From sequence record MZ234015.1: 64,000 bases of DNA. One strand, written 5' to 3'. Positions 30,476 to 40,560 of this stretch are shown here, one piece after another. The position numbers and the translations under genes are program-made. Within the stretch, counting starts at the first letter, position 1. Every line of letters starts with the position of its first letter. Origin of the DNA: Escherichia phage vB_EcoP-101114BS3. The notes under the pieces were generated by a model. It was not told the origin of the DNA. It saw only the letters and a list, made by a program, of their open reading frames with translations, and did no database searches.

Positions 30476-30892
30476 TTACCAATCATGTTGGAAACCAGAA
30501 TATCCAGAGAAGATGATTGATCGGATTGGCTTTTCAGGGAATCCTTCAAAACATCCCTTAATGGCTTTCTTGGTTTCATCAGAAATTGACTCTTTTTCAC
30601 CAAACCAATATTCTTCAAAAATATCAGAGAAGATATAAGTTCGGTATCTTTCCAAGTCATAAAAACCTTCCACTGCACTTGTAACAGCTCTACTAATTAC
30701 ACTTGAAGCTACAGGAAATAAGTCACCGTGTTCCAGAAACAAGCACCAACGATCAAAGAGAGGAATCTCTTCATCTTTCAGAAGACTTTCTAACTCTTCC
30801 TTTGCCTCTTTCTTGTGCTTCTCAAAGAGGTTTTTGGAATACTCTACATCTAAGATACGACTTTTAAACATATCCAGTTTATTATTAACCAT
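30476..30892 (-). CDS. Hypothetical protein
   Basis: 138-aa ORF in the cassette operon. Confidence 0.55.
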   Translation of the reverse strand: MVNNKLDMFKSRILDVEYSKNLFEKHKKEAKEELESLLKDEEIPLFDRWCLFLEHGDLFPVASSVISRAVTSAVEGFYDLERYRTYIFSDIFEEYWFGEKESISDETKKAIKGCFEGFPEKPIRSIIFSGYSGFQHDW

Positions 30893-30949
30893 TTTACAAC
30901 CTCTAGTTAAATTCGAACTAGCCTCCTCTTTCGAAGAGGCTAAAGCAAA

Positions 30950-31135
30950 TTATTCTACTTCGAAGTGTTTGATCACACCAGTCAGTACATCAGATTGGAA
31001 TGTACCCACTAGCTCTGTACCTCGGAAAAAGTTAACACTTGTTCCAAGTGATTCAAAGCGATCTGCTTGAATGTCCAGAGATTGAATATTTCCTTCTGCT
31101 GACATTGTACGAAACATGATTGTGTATTTATTCAC
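30950..31135 (-). CDS. Hypothetical protein
   Basis: 61-aa ORF. Confidence 0.4.
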   Translation of the reverse strand: MNKYTIMFRTMSAEGNIQSLDIQADRFESLGTSVNFFRGTELVGTFQSDVLTGVIKHFEVE

Positions 31136-31374
31136 AGACTCGTTACTCCCTTATCTGCTTGTGCAATTGCGATGATACGCTCAGCACATTCCATTGAATA
31201 CTTATCACCTCGTTTGAGGAAGGTGATGATTGCAGAGAACTGATTACCAATCATTCTCTTATTTGTGATACCAAACTCTTCACAGAGTTGGTTGATAGCT
31301 TTACGAGAGCCTACAATCAGAGGCTCTTTTTCTTCGGTCATTCCACGGCTGATCAAATCTTCGATAGACAACAT
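31132..31374 (-). CDS. Hypothetical protein
   Basis: 80-aa ORF with start/stop overlap to its neighbour. Confidence 0.45.
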   Translation of the reverse strand: MLSIEDLISRGMTEEKEPLIVGSRKAINQLCEEFGITNKRMIGNQFSAIITFLKRGDKYSMECAERIIAIAQADKGVTSL

Positions 31375-31400
31375 TACAAATTCCTTTTTGTTTAATTTAA

Positions 31401-32636
31401 TTACAGAGTTACTGCTACTTCGCTACCTTCAACATTGACAGACTCTAACTTGCGAGGGTTATGAATCTGGACTGGATTGACCGGAACGTTCCAACCACTG
31501 CGGTAGAAGTTACGACCATCACAGAACAAAATGACATTGGCAGACATTGCATTCGGTTGAAGGTTGTTGTGGACGTGACGGATATCTGCAATCCAGTAAC
31601 CACGAGACAAAGTGTAACCAGTAGGTGCATTACGAATAGTTTGAGTATTCATCTGACCTTCTAGCTGCATTTCTTCAGGAACTACATCTACCGAATCAAC
31701 CGGCTGTGCTACTTGTCCTTCCAGTGCAAAGTTTTCATCATCAGCACTTTCAATATCATCCACTAACTCACCGTCTCCATCTTCAATCGGAGTCTGGTAA
31801 ACCACTTTATACTGAGGAGTATAGAGAGGGTTCTGAGCTTTAACAAACTCAAGAATGTTATGACGGTAGGTATCCAGAGTTGTACCAGTCAGGCCCGGTG
31901 CTGTATTAACTTCCAGTACCCACGCTTCTTGACCTTTGGTGATAATATCAACTGCACCGAAATCCAGACCCATTGATTCAACAGCTTTCACTGCATTGAT
32001 CAGAGAGGCGTCATTCGGAGCATCTGTGAAGGAGCTTGAGTAAACCCAGCCAGTGTGGTGATTACGAATATCTTCACGATAGTTAGGGTCTTCGCGATAA
32101 CCATTGCGACGAATCTTCTTCTGAACATAGGTGATTACACCTTTGAACACATGGACACGCCACTCACGACGTGGGCCTTGAATGCCTTTAGTGTACAGTT
32201 CAGCTCGACCAAGACCATCACCCGGTTCTACAACAACAATGCCCGAACCAGAGTGACCAGTCAGCTCATGGCGCTCATACACAATATTACCAGTGTTTGA
32301 CCACTCTTGAGCAGTCTCTTGAACATCTGTGTATTCCACAGTTTTAACACCTGCTTGGTCCATCACGCTGAAAGCACGACGTTTGTTCGCTGCCATATGT
32401 AAGGCTGCGGTACGGTTAAGGACGGTTGCAGAACCAAAGAATGATTCAGGATAGCGACGGTTCCCGTAGTTAACAACCACATCACCTTCACGAGAACGCC
32501 AGCGGCTATTCTCTGAAAGAAGACCCATCACGTTAGCATTGATGCGTTCATCACGGATAGTATCACTGATAGCAGATACTAGAGCGTTAACAGAATCAGA
32601 CGGGCCATACGGAAGAACACGGATACGAGTAGTCAT
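31401..32636 (-). CDS. ATP-grasp ligase (RimK-like)
   Basis: GHSGSGIVVV (ATP-binding loop) and WVLEVNTAPGL motifs. Confidence 0.75.
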   Translation of the reverse strand: MTTRIRVLPYGPSDSVNALVSAISDTIRDERINANVMGLLSENSRWRSREGDVVVNYGNRRYPESFFGSATVLNRTAALHMAANKRRAFSVMDQAGVKTVEYTDVQETAQEWSNTGNIVYERHELTGHSGSGIVVVEPGDGLGRAELYTKGIQGPRREWRVHVFKGVITYVQKKIRRNGYREDPNYREDIRNHHTGWVYSSSFTDAPNDASLINAVKAVESMGLDFGAVDIITKGQEAWVLEVNTAPGLTGTTLDTYRHNILEFVKAQNPLYTPQYKVVYQTPIEDGDGELVDDIESADDENFALEGQVAQPVDSVDVVPEEMQLEGQMNTQTIRNAPTGYTLSRGYWIADIRHVHNNLQPNAMSANVILFCDGRNFYRSGWNVPVNPVQIHNPRKLESVNVEGSEVAVTL

Positions 32637-32638
32637 TT

Positions 32639-32869
32639 TTAGATACCTTTTAGTTTAAGAATTTCGTTACGACAGGATTGAATTTTAGCTTCGATTGCCC
32701 AATACTCAGCGAACATTTCGTCTTCTTGGGCATCGCTTGGAGAGTCGATTAAGTTAAAAGCAAACGGATACAGCTTTCGCTGCTCCGTTACCAGTTGTTG
32801 AAGTCGGAGTTGTTGATACTCCAGCATTGTCAGGTGAGGCTTAGCTCCCTTGCTTGACATGAGGCTCAA
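32639..32869 (-). CDS. Hypothetical protein
   Basis: 76-aa ORF. Confidence 0.45.
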   Translation of the reverse strand: MSLMSSKGAKPHLTMLEYQQLRLQQLVTEQRKLYPFAFNLIDSPSDAQEDEMFAEYWAIEAKIQSCRNEILKLKGI

Positions 32870-33074
32870 CTTTAATCCCCTTCATTTTAACATAGTCAGC
32901 CAACACGTTATTGATAACGGTTGGAAAAGGGATTTCTACTGGAGAGTCAACCAGCTTCCCAATACCTTCTTGCATCCACTTCTGGATTGCTCGGAGGTTA
33001 TCACATCCTGTGCTTGTCATCGGAATACGGCGGGTAGTTACCACGTTATCCAACATCAGTTTACGAACTTCCAT
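32841..33074 (-). CDS. Hypothetical protein
   Basis: 77-aa ORF. Confidence 0.45.
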   Translation of the reverse strand: MEVRKLMLDNVVTTRRIPMTSTGCDNLRAIQKWMQEGIGKLVDSPVEIPFPTVINNVLADYVKMKGIKVEPHVKQGS

Positions 33075-33085
33075 AACTATACCTC

Positions 33086-35089
33086 TTAGTGTTTACCTTT
33101 ACAGTAATCTGAATTACAGATCACCCTGTTTTCTTTGTTCAGTGAGCAAGTTTCTGCATCACGCCACGGAATTTGTTTATAACAGACTGCACAAAACCCA
33201 ATTGAAGTCCAGAGGGCTTTTGTAAACTCAGCTGTTCGTTGTCCATCGTAACTGACAACTGTTTTTCGGAGAGAGGTTGACTTTTCTGGAAATGTCTCCG
33301 CTTTCTCAGCGGGTACCTCCTTTGGGGCATTCTTTGGACCATAAACAGAGATGGCATAAGTATCACCACCACGTTTTTCCAAATACGAATTAGGAACATC
33401 TGCAAGTGTGATGTCCCCTGAACGTTTTGCTGAGCTGACCATTACAATCATACGGCTAAGCATACGTTCATCAACACGAACAGCTACTTCAGGACGACGT
33501 GGGTTGGTTGTGTCTACTGCTTTAGTCCAAATATAACCTTCAGATAGAGTAACATTCTTTACTTTATCTTTGATTTCTTTGGAGCAGATATAACAAACGT
33601 CTTCACCACGAAGTTTACTCATTTCGTTGTCAAACTCGAAATCAGTCTTGACTTCACCACAGATAGCACATACACCCAAAGGCACATCTTCTTCCTCTTC
33701 AGAGGTTTTAGATAACGCTTCGAAGCATTCTGGATGCCAGTATGCCTGATAAGCAAACACAGCCTTACGAGCATCTTTCCAGTCAATGTGCTTATCACAA
33801 CCACCACAGTCACCATGAGAGTGAGATTCCCAGAACTTACGAGTGACTTCTACACCATTCTTAGTGATGAAGGAGTCCTCTGCATCAAAAGGGATATCAT
33901 CATCAAAATCAGCAGTAGTGCTTTGAGGCTCCTTATCTGTAGCATCAACAAACAGCCCTGAAGTTAGTACGAGGCGAATCATACTGTCCACTTCGGAGAT
34001 ACAAGCAATCGTCCCGCGATATACTACCTTTGGGTTTTCAAGAGCCTTAAGATATTCATCTTTGGCTACGTTGTGAACATCCCCTTCGACATACTCTTGA
34101 GCTTTATCATCGTAGATGTAACCAACCATCTTACCACGATCTGTGTTGTTATAAGCATGGAACTCGTGAGGAATAATATCCACACGACCATCACGACGAT
34201 AAGGAAGACCGCGATCGGCAGCCAGTTTGTTCTGGTCTTCAATCGCTTTACGACGACGAATGTCTCCGCTTGTCACGCCGGGCTTGTCGTCTTTGTTTCC
34301 GTAAATGTCGCTTGTGCTGCTGCTTGATTTGTTTGTCTGTTGGTTCTGATAAAGAGAGGAGTTCGAGTAATAGCCGCCCCAGCGACTCGTTACCGTAAAA
34401 ACCGGAAGCGTGTGCTCCACCTCTTGAACCAGAGTCATACGACTGTTAGACACATCAAAGATATACTCAGTTCCCACTTTACATTCGAAGTGGTCATTGA
34501 TATGGTTCTTATGGGACTTAGAACGCTCTAAAATCCACATAAGCATAGCTTCTTCAGAAGCTCCAAACCAATCCAAACCACAGCGGGCTAGGTGGAAAGG
34601 ACGCTCATCATTACGGATAATGTGAAGTGTGTTGTCTTTAGCATCATGCCAAATCAAAGTGAATGCACCATCCAGTTTTTGGATAGTCTCTGCTGCTCCA
34701 ATGGTGTTAATTGAGTGGCAGATGTTTTCACTATCAACTTCGAAACGCTTACTGTCAGGAAGGAGATCTTGATCTAACAGGGTTCCATTATGAACCAGAG
34801 TAATATCCCCGTGAGTAAATGGGTGAGCATTTCGAGCATTGACAGCCCCACGAGTGGCATGTCGGCTGTGACCAACAATCCACGAAGGAGGAACTACGTA
34901 GTTCGTAAGCCCTTTGGTAATATTTGTATATTCTGTCTGGAGCATAAAAGCATAAGAAGGAAGAGCTTCTTTATAAGAGAAGACTTGCTTTTCACCTTTA
35001 CGCTGACCAAACACACCAGTTGAGTGCTGTCCACGGAAAACACCAGCATACAGAAGTTGGTTGAAAATGTCCAAATCTGCTGAGGTCAT
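33086..35089 (-). CDS. Class-II glutamine amidotransferase-like (Ntn-hydrolase) domain protein with C-terminal multi-CxxC zinc-ribbon region
   Basis: GHSRHATRGAVNARNAHPF and LVHNGTL match GATase-II motifs; C-terminus has CGGC, CAIC, CYIC, CAVC pairs; predicted N-terminus MTSADLD lacks the usual Cys2. Confidence 0.65.
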   Translation of the reverse strand: MTSADLDIFNQLLYAGVFRGQHSTGVFGQRKGEKQVFSYKEALPSYAFMLQTEYTNITKGLTNYVVPPSWIVGHSRHATRGAVNARNAHPFTHGDITLVHNGTLLDQDLLPDSKRFEVDSENICHSINTIGAAETIQKLDGAFTLIWHDAKDNTLHIIRNDERPFHLARCGLDWFGASEEAMLMWILERSKSHKNHINDHFECKVGTEYIFDVSNSRMTLVQEVEHTLPVFTVTSRWGGYYSNSSLYQNQQTNKSSSSTSDIYGNKDDKPGVTSGDIRRRKAIEDQNKLAADRGLPYRRDGRVDIIPHEFHAYNNTDRGKMVGYIYDDKAQEYVEGDVHNVAKDEYLKALENPKVVYRGTIACISEVDSMIRLVLTSGLFVDATDKEPQSTTADFDDDIPFDAEDSFITKNGVEVTRKFWESHSHGDCGGCDKHIDWKDARKAVFAYQAYWHPECFEALSKTSEEEEDVPLGVCAICGEVKTDFEFDNEMSKLRGEDVCYICSKEIKDKVKNVTLSEGYIWTKAVDTTNPRRPEVAVRVDERMLSRMIVMVSSAKRSGDITLADVPNSYLEKRGGDTYAISVYGPKNAPKEVPAEKAETFPEKSTSLRKTVVSYDGQRTAEFTKALWTSIGFCAVCYKQIPWRDAETCSLNKENRVICNSDYCKGKH

Positions 35090-35196
35090 GTTGCCGCCAG
35101 CTAATACGATACCACAAATTTTCTAATCCACCTGAAGGGTAAACCCTTTCATCTAATTAACCTTTAAATGCGCCCTGTATAAGAGCGCCCGTTGTG

Positions 35197-36297
35197 TTAC
35201 AGCAGTCGTTCTAATTGCATTTCCAGATGGTCTGGAATATAACCAGTGACGTTATCATCACTGCTACCTGATTCACGCATCAATGCAAACATGTGACGAA
35301 TTTCACGAACCGTTGCGATTCGAGTGCTTTCAATCTGAGGGGTGTAGTAGGTCATGATCTCTTCGTAGACACTGTTGGCATTACCGCGCACATATCCCAA
35401 GAAACCATAGAAGTCATTCATATCACGTAAGTTGATAAGGACTTCACCATCAGGGCCAGTCTGTTGCACACGAACACGACCAACCAAAGTTACAGATTGC
35501 TCACGACAGAAGAGAATATCACGAGCAAGACGATACCCTTCAGTGAGATCACTGTCTCTTGGAGTATAGTCTAGGGGTAGATGTTGAATCATAGGAGCGA
35601 AGCGCAGCTCATTCAACTTCTCAACATAAGCTTCATTGTCTAAATCTGCATATTCAACAGCCAGTTTCTTGAGAACCAAGAAGCGGTTGACCAGATTCAG
35701 AAGTTGGCTCTTTTTCCACTTCGGCTCTGAGATACGGAACTCAACAGAACCAAATTGAGATAGAGGCAAAAGATTAAGGGAGGTGTATTTATCCCAGCTA
35801 TTAACAAGAGAGTGGAAGAAAGCTTCCCCGTCTCGGTTGAACGCTGACGAAGCATTCATAACTTGTGCTTGAACGACAGCAAAAGCTGGACAGAAGTTGC
35901 TACGATAGCGATGGTATCCAGAACATTTGAACATCATCTTTTCATAGAACGTCCATCCAAGAATAACTTTCTTAAGGATATTACTATCAGCGTCACGCAT
36001 ATCCATATGAACGTGAGTGGAGCAGCGCCAAGTTCCCTCGGCTCCAGAATCCTGTACTGCTTCACTCAGATTGTTAATAGCACGAAGTAATTCTTCACCG
36101 TTGTAAGGTCGTGCACATACTAATTCACAACCATCACGAAGAGAGCCATCTTCAGTACAAACCCACATATCAGCGTCAATGTCAGTTGTACCTTCGACTT
36201 CTAACTCAATACCAACACCACACTGAAAAGCAATACTTGGATGCGGTTCAGATAAGCGAGGGTTACGGTATCCAAAAACTTGTGCTACGGTTGTCAT
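35197..36297 (-). CDS. Amidoligase-like (carboxylate-amine ligase, GCS2/glutamine-synthetase-like fold) protein
   Basis: GVGIELEVEG near the N-terminus and GSVEFRISEP later resemble amidoligase motifs. Confidence 0.55.
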   Translation of the reverse strand: MTTVAQVFGYRNPRLSEPHPSIAFQCGVGIELEVEGTTDIDADMWVCTEDGSLRDGCELVCARPYNGEELLRAINNLSEAVQDSGAEGTWRCSTHVHMDMRDADSNILKKVILGWTFYEKMMFKCSGYHRYRSNFCPAFAVVQAQVMNASSAFNRDGEAFFHSLVNSWDKYTSLNLLPLSQFGSVEFRISEPKWKKSQLLNLVNRFLVLKKLAVEYADLDNEAYVEKLNELRFAPMIQHLPLDYTPRDSDLTEGYRLARDILFCREQSVTLVGRVRVQQTGPDGEVLINLRDMNDFYGFLGYVRGNANSVYEEIMTYYTPQIESTRIATVREIRHMFALMRESGSSDDNVTGYIPDHLEMQLERLL

Positions 36298-36920
36298 AAT
36301 GATTCCACCAACTCTACATTATATGATGACAGGTCTGAAGAAATATGCTTGAACTTCTCCAGAAGGTTTAAAGATTGACGACCATTGTCGCCATAACCAG
36401 CTTCAAGAAGCACGTTTCCAACGTAAGCCCCTTTGTAATAAACTTTTCCATCGACAGGATTGATATAGATGAAACGAGTAACCAACCCTTCAAACTCTGG
36501 ATTAAACAGGTTATACACCAAATCACCCGGAATCGAACGTCCGAGAGAAGGTGGAGTACCACGAAGTTTATTCCCCATCAAGCCTTTAGCTCGCTGACGA
36601 ACAGGGTTGATATGGGTCCAGCTCACCACGTTATTACCATGCTGAAGGTATCCTACATCTGGAGACTCCAGAATGAGGCTGTGATCAAACACTGGGATAT
36701 TACTAACAATCTGACGTTCAAACTGACCTTCGGAGTTTTTAGTCCAGCGTTCCGCCTCAAACACTAAAGACATTTCAGCGTCGTGTGAGTAGTCGTCGAT
36801 ATCAAAGTTACCTTGCTGACGAACATCAAGCACATATAGAGGGAGGTTTTTACCATCAGGTGATCGCTGAGCAATCCATGTTCCACAATAATAGTGTTGA
36901 AAATCTCTTAACAAGCTCAC
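36294..36920 (-). CDS. Hypothetical protein (cassette member)
   Basis: 208-aa ORF, start/stop overlap with the amidoligase gene. Confidence 0.55.
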   Translation of the reverse strand: MSLLRDFQHYYCGTWIAQRSPDGKNLPLYVLDVRQQGNFDIDDYSHDAEMSLVFEAERWTKNSEGQFERQIVSNIPVFDHSLILESPDVGYLQHGNNVVSWTHINPVRQRAKGLMGNKLRGTPPSLGRSIPGDLVYNLFNPEFEGLVTRFIYINPVDGKVYYKGAYVGNVLLEAGYGDNGRQSLNLLEKFKHISSDLSSYNVELVESL

Positions 36921-36929
36921 AATATCACC

Positions 36930-37781
36930 TTATACAATCTGGAGTTTAGAGGAGAATTTATCTGCTTCTTTAACATCGTTACTGTTGATGATGTTGTGAA
37001 GCTTTTCAATTGGAAGGCGAGAGTGAAGTGACATCAATACTTCCATATCACAGCCTTGAACAACCTTATCAACTTGCTCATAAACAAACTTGCGGGTTGA
37101 CTTCTCGCCAATCCAGAAGTTAGAAAGAGAACGATATTCAATACCGTAATCCTTGTAACGAATGGCAGAAGCCTTTCCGTATAACTCTTTACGACGAGTG
37201 TCTTTATCCATGATTACAGCTGGCAAGGACAGGAAATAATCACACAACACACCCAACATCATTTGAGTTTGTCGAGTAATCTCTAAAGTCCCGGAGACAC
37301 CAAGGTGCACATGACCCCCAGCAGTACGCAAACCCTTATTAGTTGCGACCGGTGAAGGGTTCTTTTGTCCAGTGAAGGCATTGAAATCAGGAGTACAACC
37401 AAATACAAAGGCTGACGGATGGAAAGATTCAAGCTCTTCTGAAGTGAACACATGAGAGCTAATCCCAAGTGCTGCCTCCATGCCACGTTCATTGAGAACT
37501 TTGTTAGTCAGATCAATACCACGCTGAATGTTATCATCAAACGCTTCAAACCCTTCCTGTGGGTTAATATCAAACTCGGCCAGAACGTTGTCTTCTTGAA
37601 GACGAACATCAGGAGCCAGATCAATTTTATTGTCTTTAGAACAGCCCAGCTTACCAGCCACAGAGGTGATAATACCGGAAGCAGTACGAACAAACATTTC
37701 AGGGTCAGAGCCAATAAGGAAAGCGCGCTTAGTCATTGTAATACTCCACGAGTTCATCAAAAAGGGAAACAACACGAGCAC
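36930..37781 (-). CDS. Hypothetical protein (cassette member)
   Basis: 283-aa ORF; conserved-looking FLIGSDPEMF and GGHVHLG segments, function unknown. Confidence 0.55.
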   Translation of the reverse strand: MLVLFPFLMNSWSITMTKRAFLIGSDPEMFVRTASGIITSVAGKLGCSKDNKIDLAPDVRLQEDNVLAEFDINPQEGFEAFDDNIQRGIDLTNKVLNERGMEAALGISSHVFTSEELESFHPSAFVFGCTPDFNAFTGQKNPSPVATNKGLRTAGGHVHLGVSGTLEITRQTQMMLGVLCDYFLSLPAVIMDKDTRRKELYGKASAIRYKDYGIEYRSLSNFWIGEKSTRKFVYEQVDKVVQGCDMEVLMSLHSRLPIEKLHNIINSNDVKEADKFSSKLQIV

Positions 37782-38679
37782 CAGCTTCTTCTGGTGTCAT
37801 TGAGGAAGGTACTGCTTGCATCAGACGTTCGATAAAACTTTGAACAGTAATTCTGTCCATACGCTGATCTAATACTTCTCGCTTGTGACCTGCACAAGTT
37901 GACCAGAGACGTAACCACTCACTCATACTCTCATAATGGTCAGGGTCTTGGTCACGACGACGTGCCATACGACGGAGAACTCCATCATTATGGTTTCGTA
38001 CATAACCATCTCGGTTGTCATCAACACCGAATACATTCTGAACCCATACGTTTTCAGAAAATTCATCAGTGGTGCAAATTAATGGCAGAAATGCAATTGC
38101 ACTCATGTCGCCATCAAAATAAGTCGCTGCTGACTCATCGGTTGAGTCTACGTCATTACTATAACACCAGCGACCAAAGAAGTTACGACTTAAACCAGCT
38201 AAGCGTAGAGCTAAACCGATTCGTTGTCGCTTAAGCAACTCTTCCTTGTCTTGTACGCCTTCCTGAAGGAACTCCATTCCATTAAAATCACCATCCAAAT
38301 AGCTACGGATGGTCATTAGTCCAGTAAACACCTTGTCTGCTGGATGGTTTCGAAGGTTCACGGCAATAGAGTTCACCGAAGTGACAGAGAACATATCTTT
38401 ATAGCAAGACATTGAGTTAAAAATGTCTGTTGCTTCAACTAAAGCTCTTTCGATATCTTTAGCTGGTACGCCATAAAAATTGTGAGGCCAGAAGTTAATA
38501 ACTTCAATTTCTGAAGTTCTGTCACGAAGGCTTGTTCGGTTACGACTTTCACCGTTAATGTCTGTAACAGAATACATGTGCATACAGTTAAAAGTACCAA
38601 AGCAAGCTCTTCCTTTGAACACTGACTCACCGAAATCCTCTGCCGGTGTTACCGGAGCAATCGATGCGGAGATTGACAT
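37729..38679 (-). CDS. Hypothetical protein (cassette member)
   Basis: 316-aa ORF. Confidence 0.55.
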   Translation of the reverse strand: MSISASIAPVTPAEDFGESVFKGRACFGTFNCMHMYSVTDINGESRNRTSLRDRTSEIEVINFWPHNFYGVPAKDIERALVEATDIFNSMSCYKDMFSVTSVNSIAVNLRNHPADKVFTGLMTIRSYLDGDFNGMEFLQEGVQDKEELLKRQRIGLALRLAGLSRNFFGRWCYSNDVDSTDESAATYFDGDMSAIAFLPLICTTDEFSENVWVQNVFGVDDNRDGYVRNHNDGVLRRMARRRDQDPDHYESMSEWLRLWSTCAGHKREVLDQRMDRITVQSFIERLMQAVPSSMTPEEAGARVVSLFDELVEYYND

Positions 38680-38687
38680 ATTCGCCT

Positions 38688-39905
38688 CTATTTATTAAAG
38701 AATAATTTTTCCATAATGGTTTCCCACTCTTCTGAGGGGAGGGTTGAGAACCCGTTTCCGTGAAGCCTGTTTGTCATGCAACTAATAATATTGTACATGT
38801 TGTAGCTTCGGGTGGATTCTGTTCCATTGTTCCAGTTATAACCGAAAACAATTTTATCGAAGGAGGTTTTATCCGTAGTTACTTCTCGGATGAACTCAAC
38901 CAAGAGCGATTTCTCTGTGATGACCGCACGTTCACCATCTGGCAGATTACAATACTGAGGAAGAAGAATTGGTAAGAACATCGAATTGTTCACTCGACAA
39001 TCACGAACATCTTCACTGCGATAGATTAGGCTTGAGAAGTCTTCATCACGCAGGTGTCCTTCACCTTCAGTGTATTCACACTGTCGCCATTTGGTCTGAC
39101 GAGGTTCAATCATTGTACTACCAACGCCTACTGTATACAGAGACGCTTGGAAGATACACGAGTCGTAATCATTCCCTGTTAAAGCAACTTGCTCATTGCC
39201 GAACACATCCACTGAAGAGTTAATCAGTCGGCTGAATGCAAGAGAGGCTAGTGGAGACCAACCTTTCTTATACATCTTGTTCAGCATTTCATACACAGCA
39301 GATTTTTCATCATCTGTATAGAATGTACGATTCAGCATCAGATAGAACAGAGCGCGATCAGCAGGACAACCATCAGTACAAACACCCATGAATCCTACTT
39401 CATGCCATACCAGACATGAGTCAGAATCTTTATCCATGAATGCTTCAAAGGCTTCCATTACAGCCCTGTCAGTAACATCAGGACGGTTGTTTTCTTCTGC
39501 CCATGTTTCTACATGAGAAGGAGGACGAGGGTCTCCATTCTCCACCCCTTCGCGGAAATATTGAGTGGTAATAGGCTTTTTATCACCATAACGTTTTACA
39601 CCATAAGCGGGAAGGTGTGTACCAGAGTTCCAGATGTACTTAATTTCGGACATAGGCATCATGTTTTCGAGAACGTTCTCTTCAGCAGTGCCTTGACGAA
39701 CCATCATATTTTCACTCCACACCTTAATGCGGATATTCCAGCCGTAGTTGCTGTCATACGTGTTATAATAATCAGGATCACCATCTTCATCTTCATCATA
39801 ATCACCACCCTGATAGTAACCTGCTTTCAGGAAACCATAACAAGGAGGCCAGACGGTTACAACATCATCTGATTCTTTCCAGCTTTGAAGTGTTACAGGG
39901 AACAT
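38688..39905 (-). CDS. Hypothetical protein (cassette member)
   Basis: 405-aa ORF with acidic Asp/Tyr-rich N-terminal segment. Confidence 0.55.
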   Translation of the reverse strand: MFPVTLQSWKESDDVVTVWPPCYGFLKAGYYQGGDYDEDEDGDPDYYNTYDSNYGWNIRIKVWSENMMVRQGTAEENVLENMMPMSEIKYIWNSGTHLPAYGVKRYGDKKPITTQYFREGVENGDPRPPSHVETWAEENNRPDVTDRAVMEAFEAFMDKDSDSCLVWHEVGFMGVCTDGCPADRALFYLMLNRTFYTDDEKSAVYEMLNKMYKKGWSPLASLAFSRLINSSVDVFGNEQVALTGNDYDSCIFQASLYTVGVGSTMIEPRQTKWRQCEYTEGEGHLRDEDFSSLIYRSEDVRDCRVNNSMFLPILLPQYCNLPDGERAVITEKSLLVEFIREVTTDKTSFDKIVFGYNWNNGTESTRSYNMYNIISCMTNRLHGNGFSTLPSEEWETIMEKLFFNK

Positions 39906-39916
39906 CTTTTACCTCT

Positions 39917-40279
39917 TTACTCTGCTACCAAAAGGCTCAGAGATTTGCGAATGTAGTCAATACTACGGAAGTTTCGATAGTTCTCTTGGAAGCGCATTTT
40001 TTCAAACTCTGCTTCCTGAAGCTCTACCTCTGCTGCTTTATATCCTGATAAAGCTAAACTTACCACATCCTGAGGTAAGGTATTACGACGGCGAATAAGA
40101 TATTTATTCGCTTTTAGTTTACCTTGTGCACGAGCCATTTTGGCCTTTGCCGCCTTGATACCATGAGAAATCCAAAGCAGTTGCTGTTTCAGATCTTCCT
40201 CATCCATACCACCTAAATCATTTGCTACTTTATGCAGCGTAGACAGGTTCACATGGCCTTTAATGGGGCGTAGGTTCAT
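39917..40279 (-). CDS. Hypothetical basic protein
   Basis: 120-aa ORF, first gene after the 40280-40684 gap. Confidence 0.5.
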   Translation of the reverse strand: MNLRPIKGHVNLSTLHKVANDLGGMDEEDLKQQLLWISHGIKAAKAKMARAQGKLKANKYLIRRRNTLPQDVVSLALSGYKAAEVELQEAEFEKMRFQENYRNFRSIDYIRKSLSLLVAE

Positions 40280-40443
40280 AACTTCTCCTGTTTGTCACAT
40301 TGATTGGTTAGCCAGTTGTAAGACCCACTGTTGTTCTTGCTTAACTCGCAAGATGCAAAAGAGTACATCCTGACAAACCCCACAGTGGCTAAGCAAATAA
40401 AGATTGCTGCCAATAAGAATTTAGCTTTCAACTTATTATCCAT
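40276..40443 (-). CDS. Unlisted small membrane protein (~55 aa)
   Basis: ATG at 40443 preceded by GAGG; translation MDNKLKAKFLLAAIFICLATVGF...; its stop overlaps the start of 39917-40279 (ATGA junction). Below the 60-aa cut-off of the ORF track. Confidence 0.35.
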   Translation of the reverse strand: MDNKLKAKFLLAAIFICLATVGFVRMYSFASCELSKNNSGSYNWLTNQCDKQEKL

Positions 40444-40560
40444 ACAACCTCTTCTTTGAGCTTAAAAAAGGACTCTCCTAAGAGAGCCAAGCTTTAAGGC
40501 CAATTAAATAGATATCACCCAATATCTGTGGATAACCTGCTCTTAAAATATTCTATCCGA

